Shown: one piece after another, positions 30,615 through 43,269 of the stretch | Numbering within the stretch: position 1 is the first letter of the stretch | Layout of the letters: each line of letters opens with the position of its first letter | NCBI GenBank assembly: GCA_963842525.1 | Contig: CAWJGT010000009.1 | Location: 512,001-576,000, forward strand | Origin: an uncultured Holophagales bacterium | Lineage (GTDB): Bacteria > Acidobacteriota > Thermoanaerobaculia > Multivoradales > UBA5704 | Direction: 5' to 3' | Length of the DNA stretch: 64,000 bases | The notes under the pieces: generated by a model | The model's database searches: none | What the model was told of the DNA's origin: nothing | What the model saw: the letters and a program-made list of their open reading frames with translations, nothing else | Translations under genes and position numbers: made by a program

Positions 30615-31835
30615 ATGCGACGCGAGCACCTGCACTTTCCTGGCGCCCACGGCGGCATGCTGGCCGGCCGCCTGGAGAGCCCTGACACCGAGCCCACGGC
30701 CTACGCCCTCTTCGCCCACTGCTTCACCTGCTCGAAGGACCTGAAGGCTGCCGGTTGGATCAGCCGTGCCCTGGTGGAGCGAGGGATCGCCGTGTTCCGC
30801 TTCGACTTCACCGGTATCGGCGAGAGCGAGGGCGACTTCGCCGCGACCAACTTTTCGTCGAACCTGGACGACCTGGTCGCCGCGGCGGACTTCCTGCGCC
30901 GGGAGCGCGAGGCCCCGCGGCTCCTGGTCGGGCACAGCCTCGGCGGGACCGCCATACTGGCCGCGGCCGAGCGGATCCCCGAGTCGAAGGCCGTCGCGAC
31001 GCTCGGCGCGCCGAGCGACACCGAGCACCTGCGCGACGTCCTCGTCCGTCTCTCCCCCGAGCTGGAGGCCCGCGGCGAGGCCGAGATCGACCTCGGCGGC
31101 GGGCACCCGTTCCGCATCCGCCGGCAGCTCCTGGACGACCTGGCCGCGGACCATCTCCAGGGCGTCCTCTCCAGGCTCCACCGGCCGCTCCTGATCTTCC
31201 ATTCGCCCGTGGACAACGTCGTCGGCATCGAGCATGCGAAGCGCATCTTCGAGGCGGCCCGCCATCCCAAGAGCTTCATCTCGCTGGGGATGGCCGACCA
31301 CCTCCTCTCCCGCGAGCGGGATGCCCGCTTCGCCGGCGAGACCCTGGCCGCCTGGGCGAGCCGGTATCTCGAAGAAGAGGAGCTGGAGATCGAGACCCTC
31401 CCCGCAGCAGGCAAGCAGGGAGAGGTCCTGGTCGTCGAGGTCCAGAAGCTCGCCCAGGAGATCGTGGCGCGCCGGCACCGCCTCGCCGCCGACGAGCCTG
31501 CCGAGCTCGGTGGGACCGACACCGGCCCGACCCCCTACGAGCTGGTCCTCGCCGGCCTCGGCGCCTGCACTTCCATGACCTTGCGCCTGTACGCCGACCG
31601 CAAGGGGTTTCCGCTCGAAGGCGTGCGGGTCCGTCTCCGCCACTCCAAGGTCCACGCGCTGGACTGTGCCGCCTGCGAGACCAAGGAGGGGAAGATCGAC
31701 CGCATCGAGCGCGAGATCGAGGTGCTCGGCCCCCTGACCGAGGAGCAGCAGGCCCGGCTCCTCGAAATAGCGGACAAGTGCCCCGTCCACCGGACGCTCA
31801 TGTCGGAGATCGACGTGCCGACCCGGCTGGTGTGA
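30615..31835 (+). CDS. Alpha/beta hydrolase-OsmC fusion protein
   Basis: AHCFTC, GHSLGG; ADEP..GG...GPTPY, LGACT, KCPVH. Confidence 0.92.
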   Translation: MRREHLHFPGAHGGMLAGRLESPDTEPTAYALFAHCFTCSKDLKAAGWISRALVERGIAVFRFDFTGIGESEGDFAATNFSSNLDDLVAAADFLRREREAPRLLVGHSLGGTAILAAAERIPESKAVATLGAPSDTEHLRDVLVRLSPELEARGEAEIDLGGGHPFRIRRQLLDDLAADHLQGVLSRLHRPLLIFHSPVDNVVGIEHAKRIFEAARHPKSFISLGMADHLLSRERDARFAGETLAAWASRYLEEEELEIETLPAAGKQGEVLVVEVQKLAQEIVARRHRLAADEPAELGGTDTGPTPYELVLAGLGACTSMTLRLYADRKGFPLEGVRVRLRHSKVHALDCAACETKEGKIDRIEREIEVLGPLTEEQQARLLEIADKCPVHRTLMSEIDVPTRLV

Positions 31836-32091
31836 GTCCCGTCCTCCTGCAGAGGCCGCGCCGGCCGTTTCCTCGTCCCCCGCAGGTGACGTACACGGCC
31901 GTCCGTGGGCTGTCCAAGAGCCGCGCTGCCGCCTAACCTGCTGCAAACAAAAGATCTCTTCGCTCCACCGCCGCCTTGGCACGCATCGTGGATCAGGAGA
32001 AAAATCGAAGGGGTCGAATCCAGGAACAGCAAGAGACACACAGCCATGCAGAACCAGGAAACGACCCAAACCGAGCTCCTCTCCCTCCGGT

Positions 32092-32137
32092 GCCAGGGCG
32101 GGTCTTAAGCCCTCCGCCCGCCCTGGCCCTCTTTTTT
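32092..32137 (+). terminator. Intrinsic terminator-like hairpin
   Basis: gccagggcggg ... cccgccctggc followed by cctctttttt. Confidence 0.6.
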
Positions 32138-32207
32138 CTCCTCCCTAGTGCGACGAGGCCGAGCGCCCCAAAGGCAGATTCCGGGGCCTGTCCCATATAA
32201 TCACCCT

Positions 32208-33512
32208 GTGAGCGACGCCAATGGGGGGGAGCCTCGCATCGTCCCGCGATCCGAGCACCCCATCTCCCGCAGAGACATCAACACCAGCGCCGTCAAGGTC
32301 CTGTACCGGCTCAACAACGCGGGCTACCTGGCCTACATGGTGGGCGGCAGCGTCCGCGACCTGATTCTGGGCCGCACGCCGAAGGACTTCGACGTCGGCA
32401 CCAACGCGCGGCCGAACGAGATCCGGCGCCTGTTCAGCAACTCGCGGATCATCGGCCGCCGGTTCCGCCTGGTGCACGTCTATTTCCATGACGGCAGCGC
32501 CGTCGAGGTCTCGACCTTCCGCCGCGATCCCGACCCGGACGAGCAGCGCGGCGAGCCGGGCGAGCTCCTGATCACCAGCGACAACACCTACGGCACCCCG
32601 CGCGAGGACGCCTTCCGCCGCGACTTCACCATCAACGCACTCTTCTACAACATCGCCGACTACTCGGTGATCGACCATACCGGGGGCATCGAGGACCTGC
32701 AGCGCAAGCTCGTCCGGGTGATCGGGGATCCCGACCTGCGGTTCCGCGAGGACCCGGTCCGCATGCTGCGCGCCTGCGAGTTCGCCGGCCGCCTGGGGTT
32801 CGGCATCGACCAACAGACGCAGGAGGCTATCCAGCGCCACCGCAAGGAGCTGGAGAAGGCCTCGCCGGCGCGGGTGACCGAGGAGATCGCCCAGCTCCTG
32901 CGCTGCGGCCACGCCGGCGCCGCCATGCAATGGATGCTGGAGCTCGGCCTGCTCGAGGTCCTGCTCCCCGAGGCCGATGCCATGCTGACCGCCGGGCGGC
33001 GGGGGATGGGGGACTTCGGCCAGATCCTGCCGGTGATCGACCGCATGGTCGCCGCCGAGCGGGCGCTCCCCGATTCGGCGCTGCTCGCCGCCCTGCTGCT
33101 GCCCAAGGTCATGCTCCGGCGCGACGACCTCGAGGCGGCGCTCAAGCGGCCGATGAGCCGGTCGGAGATCGAGGTCATGATCCAGGAGGAGATCAGCCCG
33201 TTCTTCGCCCGCTTCACCGTCTCGAACCTGAAGACCCTGCAGATCAACCAGGCCCTGATCGGCTTCCAGCGCCTCTGCGAGCCCGGCTGGGCCTTCCACG
33301 AGCGGGTGAAGCTCTCCCGCAAGCCCTGGTTCGAGGACGCGCTGCTGCTCTTCGAAATCCTGGTCGAGGCCACGGGCGAGGGCGGCGAGGCGCTCGCCGA
33401 GTGGCTGGCCGCGGCGCGGCGCCGGCCTCCCCTCAAGGCTCCTCCGGGAGCAGAAGCGCGCTCCCGGCCACGCCGCCGGCGCCGGCGGCGTCCGGCCGGC
33501 GCGGCGGTTTAG
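32208..33512 (+). CDS. pcnB: Poly(A) polymerase PcnB
   Basis: VGGSVRD, KDFDV, IIGRRFRLVHV signature, RRDFTINAL; TATAAT just upstream of GTG. Confidence 0.9.
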   Translation: MSDANGGEPRIVPRSEHPISRRDINTSAVKVLYRLNNAGYLAYMVGGSVRDLILGRTPKDFDVGTNARPNEIRRLFSNSRIIGRRFRLVHVYFHDGSAVEVSTFRRDPDPDEQRGEPGELLITSDNTYGTPREDAFRRDFTINALFYNIADYSVIDHTGGIEDLQRKLVRVIGDPDLRFREDPVRMLRACEFAGRLGFGIDQQTQEAIQRHRKELEKASPARVTEEIAQLLRCGHAGAAMQWMLELGLLEVLLPEADAMLTAGRRGMGDFGQILPVIDRMVAAERALPDSALLAALLLPKVMLRRDDLEAALKRPMSRSEIEVMIQEEISPFFARFTVSNLKTLQINQALIGFQRLCEPGWAFHERVKLSRKPWFEDALLLFEILVEATGEGGEALAEWLAAARRRPPLKAPPGAEARSRPRRRRRRRPAGAAV

Positions 33513-33609
33513 GATCCCATTCCCGCCCTTGTGACGACTGTCACAAACTCGGCGCAGTTGACATAGGATACGGACGGGGCGCGCGCTTCGAGCCCCGAGA
33601 GGAAAGGGA

Positions 33610-34287
33610 ATGTCCTGGTTTTCCGAGCTCTACAGATCCGCGGTCGGCAAGAAGGCGGTGATGGCCGTGACCGGCATCATCCTCTTCGGCTTCGTGCTGC
33701 TGCACATGATCGGCAACCTCCATCTGTACGAAGGTCCGGGCCATCTCGACGACTATGGCGTGTTCCTGCGCCAGGTCGGAGCGCCGGCGATTCCGCCGAA
33801 CGGCGTTCTCTGGATCATGCGGCTCGTGCTGCTCGCCTCCGTCGTCCTCCACATCTGGGCCGCCTGGCAGGTCACGCGGATGAGCCGGCAGGCGCGCCCC
33901 GTCGCCTACCGGAAGCGCGACCGGGTGGCGATAAGCTATGCGTCGCGGACCATGCGATGGGGCGGCGTCATCATCGCCCTGTTCATCATCTACCACATCC
34001 TGCACTTCACGACGGGGACCGTCCATCCGGACTTCCAGGAAGGGGCCGTCTACCATAACGTGGTGGTTGGCTTTTCGATCTGGTGGGTGTCGCTCTTCTA
34101 CATCGTGGCGCAGGTCGCCCTGGGATTCCACCTCTACCATGGGGTCTGGAGCCTGTTCCAGTCGCTGGGGTGGAACCATCCGCGGTTCAACCGCTGGCGC
34201 GACACCTTCGCCCATGCCTTCGCCTGGATCGTCACCGTGGGCAATATCTCATTTCCGTTGGCCGTGCTGACCGGCCTGGTCCAATAG
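33610..34287 (+). CDS. sdhC: Succinate dehydrogenase cytochrome b subunit
   Basis: GKKAVMAVTG..HMIGN; heme His residues; operon position. Confidence 0.92.
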   Translation: MSWFSELYRSAVGKKAVMAVTGIILFGFVLLHMIGNLHLYEGPGHLDDYGVFLRQVGAPAIPPNGVLWIMRLVLLASVVLHIWAAWQVTRMSRQARPVAYRKRDRVAISYASRTMRWGGVIIALFIIYHILHFTTGTVHPDFQEGAVYHNVVVGFSIWWVSLFYIVAQVALGFHLYHGVWSLFQSLGWNHPRFNRWRDTFAHAFAWIVTVGNISFPLAVLTGLVQ

Positions 34288-34307
34288 CCCGCTAGGAGCC
34301 GTCCGTC

Positions 34308-36218
<1,911 letters not shown>

Positions 36219-36219
<1 letters not shown>

Positions 36220-36986
36220 TGGACCTCAAGCTCTACGTCTGGCGTCAGGCCGGACCCGGCAAACCGGGCAAGATGGTGCGCTACGAGGCGAAGGGGGTCA
36301 ACGAGCACGCCTCGTTCCTGGAGATGCTCGACGTCCTCAACCAGCAGCTCATCGAGCGGGGGGAGGACCCGATCGCCTTCGACCACGACTGCCGCGAAGG
36401 GATCTGCGGCTCCTGCGGCTTCATGATCAACGGCGAGGCGCACGGCCCCTTGCCGCACACGACCGTCTGCCAGCTCCACATGCGCCATTTCAAGAGCGGC
36501 GACACCCTGTACCTGGAGCCCTGGCGGTCGCGGGCATTCCCTCTCGTCAAGGACCTGATGGTCGACCGCGCCGCCTTCGACCGCATCGTCCAGGCGGGCG
36601 GCTACATCTCGGTCTCGACCGGCAGCGCGCCGGAGGCGAACCTGATCCCGGTGCCCAAGCCGCTGGCCGATCGCGCCTTCGAAGCCGCCGAGTGCATCGG
36701 CTGCGGAGCCTGCGTGGCCCAGTGTCCCAACGGCGCCGCGCAGCTCTTCACCGGCGCCAAGGTCTCCCACCTCGGCCTCCTGCCGCAGGGCCAGCCCGAG
36801 CGCGACCAGCGCGCCGTCTCCATGGTCGAGGCCATGGAGCTGCAGGGCTTCGGCGCCTGCTCCAACTACCGCGAGTGCGAAGCCGTCTGTCCCAAGGGGA
36901 TCTCCATCGACTTCATCGCCCGTATGAACCGCGACTACCTCAAGGCCAAGGCGCGCGGCGAGGTCAAGGTGCCGCTGGGGGAGTAG
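36219..36986 (+). CDS. sdhB: Succinate dehydrogenase iron-sulfur subunit
   Basis: [29 protein letters not shown]. Confidence 0.95.
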
Positions 36987-37027
36987 GGGCGAATCATCTC
37001 GGGCGCTTTTCTTCGCAGGCCGCCATT

Positions 37028-37149
37028 CGCGTAGGGGCGGGTTTGGGGGAATGGGTGGTGGGGCAACCCGCCCTGGGTGGGGGAAATCTCCGCCACCCAC
37101 CCGGGGCGGGTCGCGCCACCGCCCGCCCGTCCAGACCCGCCCCTACGCG
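37028..37149. repeat. REPIN-like long palindrome, copy 1
   Basis: cgcGTAGGGGCGGGtttgg ... ccagaCCCGCCCCTACgcg. Confidence 0.85.
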
Positions 37150-37652
37150 AGGCGGACAGGGTTTTCCTGGTCCATGTCCCATTTCGCGGGATTCTCAAGA
37201 ATGTAGCGTCTGGCTCGCACCAATTCCTCCTCATCCCGTAAGACTCGTTCGTAGTAATTGCGCTGCCATACCGGGATGCCTTTGGTGCCGTTTCTTGCAT
37301 TGATTCGTCGTGCGGAAAATGCCTTGAAGGCTCGGATGGCTTCTGACAGATCATGTCGCCGGGTGGCAGCCGAGATCGGCAGCTCTCTGAGCTCGAAGAT
37401 CCCATGGACATGATTCGGCATGACCACGAAGACATCCAAGGCTACATGCGGGTAGTGCTTGGGTAGGTCCGCCCAGCAATTGGCCACTGTGGTACCAGCC
37501 CGGTTCAGGCGCATTTCTCCATTCACGATCTCCCCGAATATGCAGCTCCGGTCGTGCGAGCAGAAAGTGACGAAGTAGAAGCCTGTTCTGGAGTAATCGT
37601 ATCTGGGGAGCCGTATCGATCGGCGGTGGTGTTTCTCCGCATCGAATTTCAT
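37143..37652 (-). mobile_element. REP-associated tyrosine transposase (RAYT, Y1 HUH)
   Basis: RRSIRL..YDY, YFVT, VVMPNHVHGI, WQRNYY, YI.ENP; flanked by REPINs. Confidence 0.9.
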
Positions 37653-37688
37653 GGAGACGTATTCTACGTTACTTCGGAGTGCGTGTTT

Positions 37689-37905
37689 CGCGTAGGGGCG
37701 GGTTTGGGGGAATGGGTGGTGGGGCAACCCGCCCTGGGTGGGGGAAATTCCCGCCTCCCCCCGGGACGGGTCGCGCCATCAGCCGCCCACCCAGACCCGC
37801 CCCAACGCGAGGTAGACGGATCTTTCTGTCGGGATCGTGGGCAGTCCCCTCCCACCCGGGGCGGGTCGCGCCACCAACCCGCCCGTCCAGACCCGCCCCT
37901 ACGCG
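37689..37905. repeat. REPIN-like palindrome, copy 2, with duplicated right arm
   Basis: Same left arm as 37028; right arm present twice (ending near 37810 and 37905). Confidence 0.85.
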
Positions 37906-37918
37906 AGGCGCGCCATGT

Positions 37919-39136
37919 TCACCGGTTCCCTCCCGCCATCTTCGCCGCCTCGGGCAACCGCCGCAGGCGCAGCATGCTCCAGATGCCGAAGGCCGGCCCG
38001 AGGGCCAGGACTGCGAAGGCCCATTGCCAGCCGATGAGGTCGCGCAGGGGCGGGATCATGCGGATGGTGAAAAGGGTGAGGAGGAAGCCGAGGCTGGTCT
38101 GGAGGGTCAGGGCCGTTCCCACATAGCGCGGATCGGCCAGCTCGCTCACCGCGGCGCTGAACTGGGCGCTGTCGGCGACCACCGCGAAGCCCCAGAAGAG
38201 GCAGAGGGCCGTCAGGAGCCCGGGCCGGTGAAAGAGGAAACCGGCGGTCAGCGCGCAGGCGCCGGAGGCGACCAGGCTCCACACCGTGACCCGTGAGCGG
38301 CCCAGACCGTCCGCCAGCTTGCCGGCGAGCACACAGCCGACGCTCCCCGCGGCGAGCACGCCGAAACCGGCAAGGCGGGCCGCGCGCGGGCTCCAGCCGG
38401 CCGCTTCGTAGCTCGCCAGCAGGAAGAGGGGCGCCCAGGTCCACATGGCGTAGAGCTCCCACATGTGACCCAGGTAGCCGAAGTTGGCGAGCCGCGTCGG
38501 CCGGTCCGTGAGCACGCGGCCGGCGAACCGCCAGTCGAAGGGTGGTGCCTTGCCCAGGTAGGGGCCGGGCCGGACGAAGAGGCCGCCGAGGACGGCCGCG
38601 GCCAGGGCGAACGCCGAGGTGAGCCAGAGGACGCCGCGCCAGGGGGGCATCCCTCCGGGCGTGACGTTCAGGAGGTGCGGGAGCCCCGAGCCGATCGTGA
38701 TCGCCCCGACGAGAAGGCCGATCCCCAGGCCGCGGTCGAGCCTGCACCACGAGGCCACGAGCTTCATCCCCGGCGGATAGACGCCGGCCAGCGCCATCCC
38801 GGTCAGGCAACGCAGGAGGAGAGCCGGGCCGGCCGCGTCCAGGAGCGGGACCGCCGCGTTGAAGCCTGCCGCGGCGAGAGCGCTCAGGCCGAACAACCGC
38901 TCCGCGGGGATCCGGTCGGAGAGGCTCAGCACCGCGGAGAGCAGCGCGCCGGCCACGAAGCCGATCTGGACGCTCATCGTCAGCCACGACTGCAGGCTGC
39001 CCGACAGGCCCCAGGCGGCCGTGAGCTGCGGCACCACGGCCGAGGCCGAGAACCAGACCGACATGGCGAGGAGCGAGGCCAAGGCGAGGAGGCCGATGGT
39101 CCGCCATTTGCCCGGGATTGGAGGATCGGTAGCCAT
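37919..39136 (-). CDS. MFS transporter
   Basis: MSVWFSAS, GVYPPGMK, GYLGHMWELY, ADSAQFS. Confidence 0.9.
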   Translation of the reverse strand: MATDPPIPGKWRTIGLLALASLLAMSVWFSASAVVPQLTAAWGLSGSLQSWLTMSVQIGFVAGALLSAVLSLSDRIPAERLFGLSALAAAGFNAAVPLLDAAGPALLLRCLTGMALAGVYPPGMKLVASWCRLDRGLGIGLLVGAITIGSGLPHLLNVTPGGMPPWRGVLWLTSAFALAAAVLGGLFVRPGPYLGKAPPFDWRFAGRVLTDRPTRLANFGYLGHMWELYAMWTWAPLFLLASYEAAGWSPRAARLAGFGVLAAGSVGCVLAGKLADGLGRSRVTVWSLVASGACALTAGFLFHRPGLLTALCLFWGFAVVADSAQFSAAVSELADPRYVGTALTLQTSLGFLLTLFTIRMIPPLRDLIGWQWAFAVLALGPAFGIWSMLRLRRLPEAAKMAGGNR

Positions 39137-39234
39137 GGGGCGGCCGGTATCGTAGCAGGCCGTTCGGATGTATATTCTTCGTCGACGACCTGCCGTATCC
39201 GTCACAGGATGCTGTCTTCGACAGGGAGGAATCA

Positions 39235-42201
39235 ATGCCAAGGATCTGGCGTATCGTGGGGCTCAGTCTCATGCTGGTCCTGGCCTCGGCCGTGGGCGCG
39301 TCCGCCCAGTCCCAGGCCACCACCGGCGTCATCGAAGGGACAGTCATCGATCCGGAAGGGGGTGTGCTGCCGGGCGCGACCGTCACTCTCCGCAACACGG
39401 CGACCAACTTCGAGCAGGTCGTCACCACCGGACCCGAGGGCCGCTTCCGCGCCGTCCTGCTGCCGCTCGGCCCGTACCGCATCGCCGTGAGCCTCGACGG
39501 GTTCGCGAACCTGGTGCGCGAGGGAATCGAGCTGTCGGTCGGCCAGACGATCAACCTGCCGATCACGATGCAGCTCGCCGGCGTCGAGCAGGAGATCACC
39601 GTCACCGGCGAGGCGCCGGTCATCGAGACCAGCCGCACCGAGGGGATGGTCCGCATCGGCACCGACGCCGTCGAGGGGCTCCCCAACAACGGCCGCAACT
39701 TCCTCGACTACGCCAAGCTCACTCCCGGCGTGACCATCGTGCAGGGCCCCGACGGCGACGAGCTGTCGATCAACGGCCAGAAGGGCATCGCCAACAACAT
39801 CTCGGTGGACGGCGCCGACTTCAACAACCCCTTCTTCGGCGAGCAGCGCGGAGGCCAGCGCCCGCCCTTCACCTTCAATCTCGACGCGGTGCAGGAGGTG
39901 GTGGTGGTCGCCGACGGCGCCCCGGCCGAGTTCGGCCGCTCCGCGGGTGGCTTCGTCAACGTGGTCACCAAGTCGGGCACCAACCAGCTCTCCGGCACCG
40001 CCCACGTCTTCTTCAAGAACGACAGCCTGTCCTCGGACCCGCAGAAGCCGGGCGGCGGCACAATCCCGAGGAGGGCGACTCCAGCCAGAACCAGTTCGGC
40101 TTCACGCTCGGCGGGCCGCTCGTGCCGGACAAGGTGTTCTACTTCCTCGCCGCCGACGCGCAGCGCGGCGACGAGACCAAGCAGACCCAGGCCGGCCGCA
40201 TGGACGCGCGTCTGGTCGACTTCCTCGACTCGATCGGCATTCCGCAAGACGACGGCCCGATCGAGCGCTCCAACGACGCCGAGGTGGCGCTCGCCAAGCT
40301 CGACTGGTCTGTGTCGAATTCCAACCTCTTCACCCTCCGCTACTCCTATACCAACTCCGAGCAGCTCAACGGCACCTTCGACGTCGATCCTATGGCCGCT
40401 CCTCGAACGGCGTCGAGCAGGACTATTCGCACGCCGGCACCATCACCTGGATCTCGACGCTTTCTTCCTCGAACCTCAACGAGCTGCGCGCCCAGTACGC
40501 CAAGGAATGGCGGCCGCGGCCCTACGAGGGGCCGAACATCCCGGGCCAGGACCGGCCGTTCCCGGATACCTCGATCCTCTCCGTCGACAACCGCTTCGGC
40601 CTGCCGTTCTTCCTGCCCGTCGAGTACGACGACGACCGCACGCAGTTGACCGACAACTTCTCGATGCTGCGCACCAAGCACAACATCAAGATGGGCTTCG
40701 ACTACAACGAAGTGGCGTCGTCGCAGACGTTCATCGGCTTCGCCAACGGCAAGTTCTTCTTCACCAGCGTGGACGGCTTCATCAATTACGTCAACAACCC
40801 GAGCTACGTCGAATGCTCGAACGCCGCCGGCCAGTTCGTCACCGGCTCACAGAGCGGCGTCTGCCCGGCGGGCCTGACGGTCTCCGGCCCGGTGGTCCTC
40901 TACCTGCAGCAGGCGGGCGTCGGCAACCTGACGGCGGAGGACGCCGGCACGCAGACCATCAAGCAGAAGGAGCCGGCGCTCTTCGTGCAGGACGAGTGGC
41001 ACCCGACCGCCAACCTGACCGTCCAGATGGGGCTGCGCTGGGAGGGCCTCGACAACCCCGACACGCGCACTCCGGCCGATGAGGTCTTCTTCGCGCCGTT
41101 CATCGGCCAGACCCGCAACGGCCAGGAATTCCCCTCGGACGGCAACATCCCCGACGACATGGAGATGTGGCAGCCGCGCCTCGGCATCTCGTGGGCGCCC
41201 GACGACAAGAGCGTGGTGCGCATGACCGCCGGCGTCTTCCACGCCCGCCTGCCGGCCTTGAACCTGGCCTCGACGCGCTCGACCAACGGCTCGATCGGCC
41301 AGACGCTCTTCCGCAACAGCTTCCTGGGCTCGATCGGTGCGCTGCCGCCGCCGCCGGACTACCGCACCTTGATCGATGCGCGCGGCGCGCCGGTTTTCTT
41401 CCCCGACGTCTTCGTCTACGACAAGGACTGGCAGACTCCGCGCACCACGGCGACCTCGCTCTCCTGGGAGCGTGAGGTGGCGCCCGGTCTGGCGCTGCTC
41501 GTCAAGGGCAACTACGCCAAGACCGACCACATCACGCGCTTCGTCAATCGCAACGACGCGCGCTTCGGCTCGCCCTGGACGACTCCGGTCTGCCGCCGGG
41601 CGGGGCCAACGGCATCAACACCCTGACCTCGGTCGAGTCCACCGCCAAGAGCCGCTACTGGGGCGTGACGGTGGGCGCCAACAAGCGGATGACGGGCAAC
41701 TACTCCTTCCAGGCCTACTACACCTACTCGCAGGACAAGTCGGACGACGACAACGAGCGCGACCCATTCACCTTCCGCTACGTCGACCCCCGGCACCTCG
41801 ACCGCGAGTACAACTGGTCCGACCGCGACCAGCGCCATCGCTTCAACGGGCTGGCGCTCTTCCGCCTGCCCTGGGATCTGGATCTGAACGCCCGCTATTC
41901 CTACCGCTCGGCGCAGCCCAGGTCGGTCGCCAACCGCGTGCGACCCGACGGCACCATCATCCTGCGCAACACCGAGCGCAAGGACAACGAGTTCAACTCG
42001 CTCGACCTGCGGCTGGCGAAGACCTTCGACTTCGGCCGCATCGCGCTCGAGCCGATCGTCGAGGTCTTCAATGTCTTCGACGAGCCGAACTTCCTCCGCC
42101 CGGAGGTCACCAACGGCGTCGCGGCGAGCTTCGACGGCACCATCCGCTCGGGCGGCGGCGACCCGCGGCAGGTGCAGGTGGGCGTGCGGCTGGTGTTCTG
42201 A
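39235..42201 (+). CDS. Oar-like TonB-dependent receptor, frameshifts near 40065, 40390 and 41590
   Basis: Signal peptide, carboxypeptidase-regulatory domain, LPNNGRNF, AEFGR..GG, FVQDEW, terminal VRLVF. Confidence 0.88.
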
Positions 42202-42263
42202 TCCTCACCCTCCGGTCCCCCGTCTCCCATCGCTCTTTTCCGATCGGGAGAGGGGGGCCTCGC

Positions 42264-42662
42264 TCACGCCGGATTCGAGCCGTCCGGCGCGGCCTTGTAA
42301 TAGGTAATCTCCAGTGGATTGCCGTCGGGGTCGTCGAAATAGATCGACCAGGCGATGTCATGGTCGACCGGACCCCGGAAGGGAACGCCCAGCTCTCGCA
42401 GGTGCTCCTGCGCGGCCGCGAAGCCTTCCGGACCAGTCTGCCAGGCGGTGAGGTGCCAGTGCGGCGCGGAGCCGTTCGCCCCTCTCTCGCCGCGCGCCTG
42501 AAAGAGCGCGAGCATCGTGCCGCCGATGCCGATCATGATCGGGTGAGGCTCGAACCGGCAGACCTCCCGCAGGCCGAGCACCTCGGCGTACCAGCGCACC
42601 GAGGCCTCCAGGTCCTTCACGAACACCTCTACATGGTCGATCTGCCGGACGGAGAACGGCAT
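42264..42662 (-). CDS. VOC/glyoxalase-family protein
   Basis: IDHV..FVKDLEAS..WY, SIYFDDPDGNPLEI. Confidence 0.88.
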   Translation of the reverse strand: MPFSVRQIDHVEVFVKDLEASVRWYAEVLGLREVCRFEPHPIMIGIGGTMLALFQARGERGANGSAPHWHLTAWQTGPEGFAAAQEHLRELGVPFRGPVDHDIAWSIYFDDPDGNPLEITYYKAAPDGSNPA

Positions 42663-42753
42663 GGGGGGAATTGTACTGAAACAGGGTGCTTCCTGCTCTA
42701 TTAGGATTAGGAGCACCCATGGCCCGCGACCGGCGCTTGGCCTTCAAGCTCAC

Positions 42754-43089
42754 CTATCTCTGGCAGCGGTAGAGCCGCGGCGGCGCGCCGCGGCGCTCTG
42801 CGATCTCGCGTTCCAGATCGTCCCAGTCGAGCAGAGGAACACCCGACCTCTCGATTTCCTCCCGAGCGCGCAGCATCTTCTGAACAAGCGCTGCTTGGGT
42901 CTCTTCATCGAGCTCTTTTTCCGGCGGACGCTCCAGGGAAAGCGGGAGGCCGAAGAGGCCCGAGAGAAGGAGGAGCGGCGGGAGAGGCGGAACCGAGAGG
43001 CCCGGGAGCGGCGCCAGCGCCGGAAGACGGAGGCCCGCAAGTAGCAGGATCGGGGGTGGTCGATGGGCCGCCCCCTCATTCCCATCCAA
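42754..43089 (-). CDS. Small hypothetical protein, antitoxin-like C-terminus
   Basis: SGVPLLDWDDLEREIAERRG; Leu/Pro-rich N-terminus. Confidence 0.45.
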   Translation of the reverse strand: MDGNEGAAHRPPPILLLAGLRLPALAPLPGLSVPPLPPLLLLSGLFGLPLSLERPPEKELDEETQAALVQKMLRAREEIERSGVPLLDWDDLEREIAERRGAPPRLYRCQR

Positions 43090-43269
43090 TACATCACCTT
43101 ACATCACCTCTGACTTGAGCGGATCCCACGCCGTCACCGGGTCGGGGATCGAAACGGCCCGATGGCTCCTCCAGTGCTGTCAGCGCGGATACGAGCTTTC
43201 AACCCTTGGGGGCCGGCTTTCTGCCGGCCCCGTCACCCCGCTTGGAGCTGCGCTAGACTCTCTCTACGA

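Noticed and set aside
43060-43165. Hammerhead-ribozyme-like core (ctgacttga...gaaac ggccc)
   Set aside because: Core deviates from CUGAUGA, the cleavage triplet is wrong and stem I cannot be formed; an Infernal scan would settle it
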